A stretch of 16,377 bases of DNA. Source: a virus. Lineage: Duplodnaviria; Heunggongvirae; Uroviricota; Caudoviricetes. Position numbers and translations under genes: made by a program. The stretch lies in IMG/VR virus record IMGVR_UViG_2713896900_000010. One strand, written 5' to 3'. Positions 7,790-15,597 of the stretch are shown here, one piece after another. The notes beneath the pieces were generated by a model. The model saw only the letters and a program-made list of their open reading frames with translations. It made no database searches and had not been told where the DNA came from. Position 1 is the stretch's first letter. Every line of letters begins with the position of its first letter.

Positions 7790-8742
7790 TGTATGCCGTT
7801 TTAGGAGAGATTGAATTTAAGGTTGTCACATTCTGGGACGGCTTTAAAAGCACAATGGGCGTGGACTACGCCACACATGCCCGTATAGAAGGCAAACCCG
7901 GCGTGCAGTTTATTGGCGATAAGCTGGATATGCTGGCACTGGAATTTTCCTTGCACAGCCAGTTTTGCCAACCCACAACAGAGCTGAATCGACTGCGTGA
8001 AGCCATGCTTACCCACAAAGCGATGGCTCTGGTGTTTGGCAATGGCGATTATCGCGGCTGGTTTGTGATTACGGAGCTAACCGCCACCCACCAGCACACC
8101 GATCCCTGGGGCAATGTGATTGCTCAAAGCGGAACAATGTCGCTCCAGGAGTACACCGGCGCTCCTAAAAATCCACTCTTGCCCCCGGCAATTACTACCC
8201 AAGACCCGAATATTGACGAAAAGGCGAGCGATTTTCCAGACATGGTGGAGTCCTGGTTTGATCAGATATTGAACGCCATTGAAGAAGGTATGCGTAAGGC
8301 CAAAGAGATGCTCGATGAGCTGACTCAAGCCATTGAAGATATTAAAAAAACGGTGGCAAAAGTGAAAGCACTGGTTAAAGAGGCCAAAGCGTTAAAAGAA
8401 AAGTGTGAAAAGATAATTACGTCGTTGAAAAAGACTATCGACGCCATCGAAACCCTGTTTAAACAGCCCATGGATCTGCAAACGCTGGCAGGACTCCCAA
8501 AAGCGTTGTCGGCGCAGATTAACGCTTTACTGGGTAACATGCCAGGTATCCGGGACTGCGCCAAAGACGCCAGCACGCTGGTTGACCATGCTCAGGCGCT
8601 TTTCGACGACATTACCAACGACATCGCTGAAGCGACGTTCGATAAAGCCGCAACGTTGGTTGAGCAGGCACGAACAACGGTACAACAAACCACTCCCGCA
8701 GTGAGCCAGCTTGCTGCCGCGACCATTACGAGGAGCTGGTGA
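7789..8742 (+). CDS. Tail protein with gpU / Mu N-like N-terminal domain and long alpha-helical C-terminal extension (317 aa)
   Basis: ATGA overlap with the tape-measure stop; N-terminal ~120 aa follows the pattern of P2 gpU-type tail proteins; C-terminal half is Ala/Lys/Glu-rich and heptad-like; occupies the Mu gene N position. Confidence 0.55.
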   Translation: MYAVLGEIEFKVVTFWDGFKSTMGVDYATHARIEGKPGVQFIGDKLDMLALEFSLHSQFCQPTTELNRLREAMLTHKAMALVFGNGDYRGWFVITELTATHQHTDPWGNVIAQSGTMSLQEYTGAPKNPLLPPAITTQDPNIDEKASDFPDMVESWFDQILNAIEEGMRKAKEMLDELTQAIEDIKKTVAKVKALVKEAKALKEKCEKIITSLKKTIDAIETLFKQPMDLQTLAGLPKALSAQINALLGNMPGIRDCAKDASTLVDHAQALFDDITNDIAEATFDKAATLVEQARTTVQQTTPAVSQLAAATITRSW

Positions 8743-8951
8743 TGCGATACCTTGAACATATCACCACCGACGGCGAACGCTGGGATAATCTGGCATGGCA
8801 TTACTACGGCGATGCGCTGGCTTATGAACGCATCATCGCCGCCAATCCACATGTCGCCATTTACCCGGTACTGCCTTCCGGTATTCAACTCATTATTCCG
8901 GTCATTTCCGTCAACAAAACCTTATCGGAGATACCACCATGGCTGAGATAA
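8742..8951 (+). CDS. Tail protein X-like (LysM-like, P2 gpX family), 69 aa
   Basis: ATG at 8742 overlapping the upstream stop, AGGAG 6 nt upstream; the motif LEHITTDGERWDNLAWHYYGD...IIAANPHV resembles the gpX LysM-like signature; sits just before the gpD-like gene as in P2/Mu-type clusters. Confidence 0.65.
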   Translation: MRYLEHITTDGERWDNLAWHYYGDALAYERIIAANPHVAIYPVLPSGIQLIIPVISVNKTLSEIPPWLR

Positions 8952-9979
8952 GCGTATCTGGTGGCGTCTTTGCCACACTCGCGCCCATTTTTACCCTTTG
9001 GTATGGACATAAAGATATCACTTATGACATCACGCCCTATGTCACCAGCATCAGTTACCACGACAGCATCAAAAACGAGTCAGATACCATCGCCATTACA
9101 CTGGATGACACCGATGGACGTTGGATAAAAGAGTGGTATCCCGGCAAAGGCGATACGCTGGCGCTGCATATGGGTTATCAGGGGGAGACGCTCCTCGATT
9201 GCGGTCAGTATATTATTGATAAAATTGATATTTCAGCACCACCTTCCACGGTAAATATTGATGGCATTGCCACTTCCGTCAATCAGGCGCTGCGTACCCG
9301 TAACAGTCAGGGCTTTGAAGAAACGACGCTTTCGGCCATCGCCAGTCGTATCGCGCAAACTCACGGTCTGAAGCTGGTGGGCAAAATCGAGCCGCTGGCG
9401 ATTGACCGGGTGACACAGTACGGCGAAACCGATGTTGGATTTCTCAAGCGTCTGGCCAGCGAATATGGCTATGCCGTGAAAGTGACGACAAAAGAGCTAA
9501 TTTTTTCACATCTGCCGACACTACGCTGCCTGGCGCCAGTGAAAACCATCGACCGCAAAGAGGTTTCGCACTTTACCTTCAAAGACACCATTAATCGCAT
9601 CTACAAGAACGCCACCGTACAGCATCAAAATAGTAAGAAAAAAGAACTGGTTATCTACACTCACGACAGCCAGCAAAAACCGTCAGCCCGTGGAGTCGGC
9701 ACCAGTGCCGACACGTTGAAACTCAACAGCCGGGCGACGGATGTTGGCGCGGCACAGGCAAAGGCCAACGCTGCACTCGACAGCCACAACGAATATCAGC
9801 AAACCGGAACACTCAGGATGATGGGCTGCCCGGAACTGACAACAGGCAATAAAATCGAACTCATTGATTTTGGTATTCTTTCTGGACAATGGCTGATTGA
9901 TAAATCTACTCACAGTTTTGTGCGCAGCGGCTATACCACTGAAATCGACGTTTCGCGCGGGCCAGCAACCAGCCAGTAA
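8939..9979 (+). CDS. Baseplate hub protein, P2 gpD / Mu P-like (346 aa)
   Basis: Size, position after gpU/gpX-like genes, GGAG RBS; overall pattern consistent with late control gene D family tail proteins. Confidence 0.8.
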   Translation: MAEISVSGGVFATLAPIFTLWYGHKDITYDITPYVTSISYHDSIKNESDTIAITLDDTDGRWIKEWYPGKGDTLALHMGYQGETLLDCGQYIIDKIDISAPPSTVNIDGIATSVNQALRTRNSQGFEETTLSAIASRIAQTHGLKLVGKIEPLAIDRVTQYGETDVGFLKRLASEYGYAVKVTTKELIFSHLPTLRCLAPVKTIDRKEVSHFTFKDTINRIYKNATVQHQNSKKKELVIYTHDSQQKPSARGVGTSADTLKLNSRATDVGAAQAKANAALDSHNEYQQTGTLRMMGCPELTTGNKIELIDFGILSGQWLIDKSTHSFVRSGYTTEIDVSRGPATSQ

Positions 9980-9988
9980 GGAGGCACT

Positions 9989-10648
9989 ATGAAGGGAGTA
10001 ACCCGGCAAACGGGGATTATCAGCGATATTGACGAAACCAGCGTTCGGGTGCGAGTCACACTGCCAGAGTGCGACAATCTGAAGAGTAACTGGCTTGCGG
10101 TACTTCAACGTAATTCCCAGGACAATAAAGACTACTGGCTACCGGATATGGGTGAGCAGGTGGAAGTTCTGCTGGACGACAACGGCGAAGATGGCGTGGT
10201 ACTTGGGGCCGTTTATTCTACGGTTGACACCGCGCCTGTGGCCTCGCGAGATAAACGTTACGTCCAGTTTTCTGATGGCGCAGCGTTTGAATATGACCGC
10301 AGCACACACCAGCTTACGATTAACGGCGGTATTGAGAAAATCGTGATTGAGGTTATTGACCGTACTAACCTGACATCACCCAACGTTGAGGTTAAAGCCC
10401 AACAAGTCACCGTGACTTCCGATACCGTCGATATTAAAGCGGCGACAGTGACGGTAGATGCGCCCATGAGCACCTTTACTGGTAACGTCACGGTAATGAA
10501 AAAACTCACCTGGCTGGGTGGCATGGCAGGAAGTGGAGGCATCGGTAACGCCGCCACGATAACTGGCAATGTCAACGTGATTGGTAACGTTCAGGCCAGC
10601 GGCACATTGCAGGATAGCGGTGGTAACTCAAATCACCATTCACACTAG
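9989..10648 (+). CDS. Baseplate central spike, P2 gpV / Mu gp45-like (219 aa)
   Basis: Strong AAGGAGG RBS; N-terminal OB-fold-like region followed by repetitive beta-strand-rich Val/Thr segment (VTVTSDTVDIKAATVTVDAP...) and a C-terminal His cluster (NHHSH) typical of spike apexes. Confidence 0.8.
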   Translation: MKGVTRQTGIISDIDETSVRVRVTLPECDNLKSNWLAVLQRNSQDNKDYWLPDMGEQVEVLLDDNGEDGVVLGAVYSTVDTAPVASRDKRYVQFSDGAAFEYDRSTHQLTINGGIEKIVIEVIDRTNLTSPNVEVKAQQVTVTSDTVDIKAATVTVDAPMSTFTGNVTVMKKLTWLGGMAGSGGIGNAATITGNVNVIGNVQASGTLQDSGGNSNHHSH

Positions 10649-10653
10649 CTTTT

Positions 10654-10684
10654 AACCCGCCTGATGGCGGGTTTTCTCTTTTTA
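10654..10684 (+). terminator. Rho-independent terminator inside the baseplate module
   Basis: Stem AACCCGCC (10654-10661) / GGCGGGTT (10666-10673), loop TGAT, followed by TTCTCTTTTT; 6 nt after the spike gene stop. Confidence 0.7.
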
Positions 10685-10746
10685 ATCAATCAGTTTTCTA
10701 AATCGCTTTAATATCCCCACTGTCCGTTCAGGGCGAAAATAAGCAC

Positions 10747-11106
10747 ATGAACACAAAAACACGCCCCTCAACGCTGCACTGGCAACCCGCCTTGCAGCGG
10801 CCTGAAGAATACGTCTGCGGACTGGATGATATTCACCAGGCAATACACATCATTCTGCGCACGCCGCGCGGCAGTGATCCCCACAGACCGCTGTTTGGCA
10901 GCAACTTGTGGCACTACATCGATTACCCCATCGAGCGGGCAATCCCGCATGTGGTACGGGAGTCGATGGAAGCCATCCGCCAGTGGGAACCGCGATGTCG
11001 GTTGCTGAAGGTAGCACCGATAATCGACGGTGAACATCTGACGTTACGTGTGCAATGGCGCGCCGCTGACGGCGTAATCAACTCAACGGAGGTGTTATGG
11101 CGATAG
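10747..11106 (+). CDS. Baseplate wedge protein, gpW / gp25-like (119 aa)
   Basis: Size and position before the J-like gene; product overlaps the downstream start by 10 nt. Confidence 0.75.
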   Translation: MNTKTRPSTLHWQPALQRPEEYVCGLDDIHQAIHIILRTPRGSDPHRPLFGSNLWHYIDYPIERAIPHVVRESMEAIRQWEPRCRLLKVAPIIDGEHLTLRVQWRAADGVINSTEVLWR

Positions 11107-12212
11107 CCGAACCCAATTTTATTGACCGCGATCCTGCGCAAATTACCAGCGAGATGATTGCGCAATACGAAGATGCCAGCGGTAAAAAACTCTATCCGGC
11201 ACAGGCCGAACGGTTACTCATCGACCTGTTTGCCTATCGTGAAAACCTTGTGCGCATCGCCATTCAGGAAGCGGCGAAACAAAACCTGGTCGCGTATTCC
11301 CGCGCACCAATGTTGGATTATTTAGGGGAGCTGGTGGGTGTTCACCGTTTACCTGCGCAACCGGCAAAAACGACGTTGCAGTTTTCGGTCGTCAGTGCGT
11401 ATACCAGCAATATCCTGATTCCCCAGGGGACGCGGGCCAGTGCCTCTGACAGCGTGATGTTCGCCACCGATGAAGATGTTCTGCTTCCGGCCAGGAGTTT
11501 GCATATCGCCGTTCCGGCCACCAGCCTCGCAGCAGGTGAACAGGGCAATGGCTGGCAGCCTGCACAGATTAGCGCCCTTGTTGACAGGATCGGTTATTAC
11601 GATATCAACGTGACTAATCTGACTCCCACAACCGGCGGTTGTGGTGAAGAGAACGATGATGCACTACGCCAGCGTATACAACTGGCGCCAGAAAGCTTCA
11701 GTAATGCCGGCAGCTATGGCGCATATCGCTTTCATACACTTTCGGTTAGCCAGTCAATTATTGACGTTGCAGTACTGGGGCCAGATGAAGGGTTGCCAGA
11801 AGGCTGCGTCGAGCTCTACCCGCTAACCCTGAATGGTCTGCCGGGAACCGAGCTACTCGCGCAAATTGAACAAGAAGTGAGTAAAGAGAAAAAACGTCCG
11901 CTGACTGACAAAGTAAGTGCGAAATGTGCTCTTAGGGTGCCGTATGAAATTCGTGCGCAGCTAACGCTGTTTACCACCGCCGATCAGGAGACAACACTGG
12001 CTGCGGCGCGTAAAGCGATTAGCCTCTGGACGCAACAGCGGCAGAAACATCTGGGGCAGGACATTGTGCCAAACCAGATAATCAAAGTGTTACAAGTCGA
12101 TGGTGTCTATGACGTTGTGCTGAACATGCCTACAAAACGTATTTTGCAGGCGCATGAATGGGCGGAATGCACTGTAATAGACGTCACGATTGCCGGAGTC
12201 AGCGATGGATAA
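11097..12212 (+). CDS. Baseplate J-like protein (P2 gpJ / Mu gp47-like), 371 aa
   Basis: GGAGGTG RBS; size and position canonical for the baseplate J family; overlaps the downstream start. Confidence 0.8.
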   Translation: MAIAEPNFIDRDPAQITSEMIAQYEDASGKKLYPAQAERLLIDLFAYRENLVRIAIQEAAKQNLVAYSRAPMLDYLGELVGVHRLPAQPAKTTLQFSVVSAYTSNILIPQGTRASASDSVMFATDEDVLLPARSLHIAVPATSLAAGEQGNGWQPAQISALVDRIGYYDINVTNLTPTTGGCGEENDDALRQRIQLAPESFSNAGSYGAYRFHTLSVSQSIIDVAVLGPDEGLPEGCVELYPLTLNGLPGTELLAQIEQEVSKEKKRPLTDKVSAKCALRVPYEIRAQLTLFTTADQETTLAAARKAISLWTQQRQKHLGQDIVPNQIIKVLQVDGVYDVVLNMPTKRILQAHEWAECTVIDVTIAGVSDG

Positions 12213-12837
12213 ATTGCTGCCACCGCCGCCGCTTGCCAGCGATGAGCGTTTTTCAACTCTGGCAAATATCGCCGCCGAACGTTTTGCGCAACTCGATCTG
12301 ACGGCATTAATGATATACCTGGTCGACCTGGTTGATGCTTCGGCATTACCTGCCCTTGCAGAACAATTTCACGTTCAGGGGCTGGAAGGTTGGTTATTTA
12401 CTACTGATGAACAAGAGAAGCGTGAGTTAATTAAGCGAGCCATTGAGTTACATAAATATAAAGGAACAGTTTGGGCGGTACGGCGAGTACTGGAAATACT
12501 CTCATTGCCTGGAACTATTGCCGAATGGTTTGAATATGGCGGGAAAGCTTATTTTTTTAAGGTTGATATAGAACTGGTGGATAAAGGCATGGATGAAAAC
12601 CTTTTCAATGAGTTAGTTGAACTCATTCATGAATATAAAAACACACGTTCAAAACTGGAAGCATTAATCGTCTGGATCATTAACCAAAGTGCTATCCCTG
12701 TTATTAGCTGTGCGCTTTATGGGGGTGAACTGACGACGCTTTTACCTTTCCAGATACGGGAAGTACAACAAAACACAACAATCTTTTACGGAACAGGGCA
12801 ATGGAGCCTTGAAATTACATCTATTTACCCGGAGTAA
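12190..12837 (+). CDS. Baseplate/tail protein I-like (P2 gpI / Mu gp48-like), 215 aa
   Basis: Follows the J-like gene with overlapping coupling and precedes the tail fiber gene, the conserved J-I-H order. Confidence 0.7.
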   Translation: MPESAMDKLLPPPPLASDERFSTLANIAAERFAQLDLTALMIYLVDLVDASALPALAEQFHVQGLEGWLFTTDEQEKRELIKRAIELHKYKGTVWAVRRVLEILSLPGTIAEWFEYGGKAYFFKVDIELVDKGMDENLFNELVELIHEYKNTRSKLEALIVWIINQSAIPVISCALYGGELTTLLPFQIREVQQNTTIFYGTGQWSLEITSIYPE

Positions 12838-12839
12838 TT

Positions 12840-14498
12840 ATGGATAATGAGTTTTATACCCTCCTGACCGACAGGGGGATGGCAAAAATTGCCAGTGCTC
12901 TTGCGGATAAAAAACAACTACATCTGCAAAAGATGGCCGTTGGAGACGGCGGTGGGCAATATTACGAACCCTCGGCGAGTCAAGCAAAATTACGTCATGA
13001 AGTATGGCGTGGTGAGTTAAATACATTAACAGTTGCACCCAGTAATCCTAACTGGTTAATTGCGGAACTTGTACTGCCCGAAAATATCGGCGGCTGGTAT
13101 GTACGTGAAGTCGGCGTTTTTGATACTGACGGCGAACTTATTGCTATCGGTAAATTCCCAGAATCGTATAAACCGCTATTACCCGGCGGCAGCGGTAAGC
13201 AAGTTTGCATTCGTCTCATTATGGAAGTTTCCAACACGACTGCGGTAACACTCACCGTTGATCCCAGTATTGTACTGGCAACACGTGATTATGTTGATTC
13301 ACAACTGGATAAACATGCACGTTCGACTAATCATCCTGATGCTACGTTAATGCAAAAAGGCTTTACGCAGTTGAGTAACGCCACTGACAGTGATGACGAA
13401 ACTAAAGCGGCTACGTCAAAAGCGGTAAAAGCGGCGATGATTGAGGCACGAAACCATCGTCATACCTGGAGTCAAATTACTGATATTCCAGATGGTACGC
13501 TGACTCAAAAAGGAATTGTGAAGCTAAATAACGCGACCAATAGCACCAGCACGACGGAGGCAGCGACACCGAGCGCGGTTAAGGCGGCGTATGACCTGGC
13601 AAATGGTAAAGCTGCAGGCAGTCATACGCATCCCTGGGGGCAGATTACGGGTATTCAGGATGGCACCCTGACGCAAAAAGGGATTGTGAAGCTGAATAAT
13701 GCGACGGACAGCAACAGCACGACGGAGGCAGCCACGCCGAGTGCGGTTAAGGCGGCAATGGATAAGGCTAATGCTGCAGCTCCGGCTAATCATACTCACA
13801 CTAGTTTTTATACTACAAATGGAACATTTACAGTTCCTGATGGCGTAACTACATTATTTGTGGAAGTTATGGGCGGCGGCGGTGGTGGTGCCGGAGGAGC
13901 ACAATCATCATATTATGAAGCATGTGGTGGCAATACAGGTGAATTGCTCGTTGGTTACTTAAACGTGGAACCAAGCCAGCATTTTTCAGTAAAGGTTGGG
14001 GCTGGAGGTAATGGAGGTCCATTTTGGAATAATCCACCTGTTTCACAAGTAAAGTATTCATCGGATAACACAGAGAAAACACAAAAAAGCTTTGATGGTG
14101 GTGACTCTTCATTTTCTAATATGATTGCCAAAGGAGGTCATGGGGGATATAACATTTATCACTTTAACACTACGCAGCCTTGTATAAAATTCATTGACCA
14201 TCCAAATACTTATGCACCTGGCGCAATACGGTTATATGCAGAATTTTATCCTGGCAAGAATGGTGAAAATTCCATATATGGAAAAGGAGGGAGCGCTGGC
14301 ACTGTTATTACAGAATATCTGGATAATGGTGGAAGTAAGGCAATAATGACACATCCGACACCAGCAATAGGCTATGGTTCTGGAGGAGCGGGAGGATCTT
14401 ATTTGCCTCCTTTTGAATATGACAATAATGAATTAACAAACTTAGGCAATACTAGCGGAACAAAAGGTGCCTCTGGTTTCGTAAAAATATCATGGTAA
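12840..14498 (+). CDS. Tail fiber protein (552 aa) with conserved N-terminal domain, tandem shaft repeats and Gly-rich low-GC C-terminal receptor-binding region
   Basis: N-terminus (MDNEFYTLLTDRGMAKIASALA...WLIAELVLPENIGGWYVREVGVFDTDGELIAIGKFP) is the conserved baseplate-attachment domain of Mu S / P2 H / lambda Stf-type fibers; three tandem repeats with the motif TLTQKGIVKLNNAT...AATPSAVKAA; C-terminal ~230 aa rich in Gly motifs. Confidence 0.85.
   Translation: MDNEFYTLLTDRGMAKIASALADKKQLHLQKMAVGDGGGQYYEPSASQAKLRHEVWRGELNTLTVAPSNPNWLIAELVLPENIGGWYVREVGVFDTDGELIAIGKFPESYKPLLPGGSGKQVCIRLIMEVSNTTAVTLTVDPSIVLATRDYVDSQLDKHARSTNHPDATLMQKGFTQLSNATDSDDETKAATSKAVKAAMIEARNHRHTWSQITDIPDGTLTQKGIVKLNNATNSTSTTEAATPSAVKAAYDLANGKAAGSHTHPWGQITGIQDGTLTQKGIVKLNNATDSNSTTEAATPSAVKAAMDKANAAAPANHTHTSFYTTNGTFTVPDGVTTLFVEVMGGGGGGAGGAQSSYYEACGGNTGELLVGYLNVEPSQHFSVKVGAGGNGGPFWNNPPVSQVKYSSDNTEKTQKSFDGGDSSFSNMIAKGGHGGYNIYHFNTTQPCIKFIDHPNTYAPGAIRLYAEFYPGKNGENSIYGKGGSAGTVITEYLDNGGSKAIMTHPTPAIGYGSGGAGGSYLPPFEYDNNELTNLGNTSGTKGASGFVKISW
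13314..13790 (+). repeat. Three tandem ~55 aa / ~165 bp repeats within the tail fiber shaft
   Basis: Protein repeats ending at HRHTW / HTHPW / HTHT; the DNA of units 2 and 3 (about 13501-13590 versus 13669-13758) is roughly 85% identical. Confidence 0.6.
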
Positions 14499-14504
14499 TT
14501 AAAA

Positions 14505-15119
14505 ATGACAAAATATGCATGTTTTGATCCTGAAACATTTGTTGTTTTGGACTGGTTCGATACAGAACGTTACAACTATCCCAAAGTAGAACATTTAGTT
14601 GAAATAACTGATCAGCAATGGCAGATATATGCAAGAGATAATATTCCAACTTGGATTAACTGTGAAGATTTATCCTTCATTTCTATGCCACCACCAGATA
14701 AATTTCACAAACTGAAAAAAGGAGAATGGATAGTTGATACAGATTCAATACTTAAATTTATTTCAGAAATAAAAGAAGATATAATAAGAAGAGTAAAATC
14801 CAAACGAGATTACATCACAACCGATTACATCATCCTCAACGGCCATCACTTCCACAGTGATACAAATAGCCGAATCCAACAACTCTCACTCACAAAAATG
14901 GGAGCCGAAAAACAAATTCCGCCAGGTTTAATGTGGAAAACTAAAAATAACGGTCTGATTGAGTTAACCAATGAAATCGCCGCCCAGTTTGAATCCGTCA
15001 CCATGGCTCACGATATGCGCCTGTTTGCCAACGCCCAGCGCCATATTACGGCGGTGGAAGCTCTGGGCGATATTCAGGCGGTGCTCGACTACGACTACTC
15101 CACAGGCTGGCAACCATGA
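14505..15119 (+). CDS. Tail fiber assembly protein (Tfa/U-like chaperone), 204 aa
   Basis: Immediately downstream of the fiber gene; C-terminal half (higher GC) resembles the conserved Tfa domain ending ...DYDYSTGWQP; N-terminal half is low-GC like the fiber C-terminus. Confidence 0.7.
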   Translation: MTKYACFDPETFVVLDWFDTERYNYPKVEHLVEITDQQWQIYARDNIPTWINCEDLSFISMPPPDKFHKLKKGEWIVDTDSILKFISEIKEDIIRRVKSKRDYITTDYIILNGHHFHSDTNSRIQQLSLTKMGAEKQIPPGLMWKTKNNGLIELTNEIAAQFESVTMAHDMRLFANAQRHITAVEALGDIQAVLDYDYSTGWQP

Positions 15120-15571
15120 GTAAAACCACTGTCTGGCTCGCTTGCTATAAAGGCAGAACAGAGCACCGAGGTATTGCGCAACTAGCTGACTGGCTTACCC
15201 GTAAAATCACACGCGGCAGTTATTCCCACTGCGAGTTAGCAGTGGTACATGGTGAAAAAAATTACCTTTGCTACTCTGCATCACTGCGCGATCGCGGTGT
15301 ACGCGGAAAGATAATGCCACTACCGTCAGATAAGTGGGATATGCTGCCGCTCCAGGCTAGCTTTCAGGATGTGGAAGCTTTTTTCCATAAACATAATGGC
15401 AAAAAATACGACTGGCGCGGAGCCTTAGGAATTATCACTGGCAATAAAGAACAGCGCAATCGTCTGTTTTGCAGTGAATTTTGCGCCGAGTTTCTGCAGT
15501 TAAAAGAGAGTTGGCGCTATTCCCCAAACCATTTGTATGCTTTAGTCAGCAGTTGGCAATATCAGCCGTAA
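15116..15571 (+). CDS. Hypothetical Cys/His-rich protein (151 aa), translationally coupled to tfa; possibly a permuted papain-fold (NlpC/P60-like, YaeF/YiiX-type) enzyme
   Basis: ATGA overlap with the tfa stop; the motifs SHCELAVVHG and LFCSEFCAEF put a His upstream of a C-terminal Cys as in permuted NlpC/P60 amidases. Family assignment is tentative and from recall. Confidence 0.45.
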   Translation: MSKTTVWLACYKGRTEHRGIAQLADWLTRKITRGSYSHCELAVVHGEKNYLCYSASLRDRGVRGKIMPLPSDKWDMLPLQASFQDVEAFFHKHNGKKYDWRGALGIITGNKEQRNRLFCSEFCAEFLQLKESWRYSPNHLYALVSSWQYQP

Positions 15572-15576
15572 AATAA

Positions 15577-15597
15577 CGCCGGGCTTTACGCCCGGCG
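15577..15597. terminator. Bidirectional terminator-like hairpin between convergent genes
   Basis: Stem CGCCGGGC (15577-15584) / GCCCGGCG (15590-15597), loop TTTAC; the minus-strand side is followed by a U-rich tract (TTATTTTAC); the stop codon of the minus-strand gene lies in the loop. Confidence 0.55.

Noticed and set aside
12995-14112. Minus-strand and alternate-frame ORFs within the tail fiber gene (12995-13255, 13060-13248, 13524-13799, 13867-14112)
   Set aside because: All overlap the fiber coding frame; products are low-complexity (Arg/Cys/His-rich); generated by the repeat structure and GC bias of the fiber gene.
12840-15119. Mu-style invertible G segment (host-range switch) around the fiber and tfa genes
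   Set aside because: No inverted duplicate fiber/tfa copy, no flanking inverted repeats and no Gin/Pin-type invertase gene follow the tfa gene; the region after tfa encodes an unrelated 151 aa protein.
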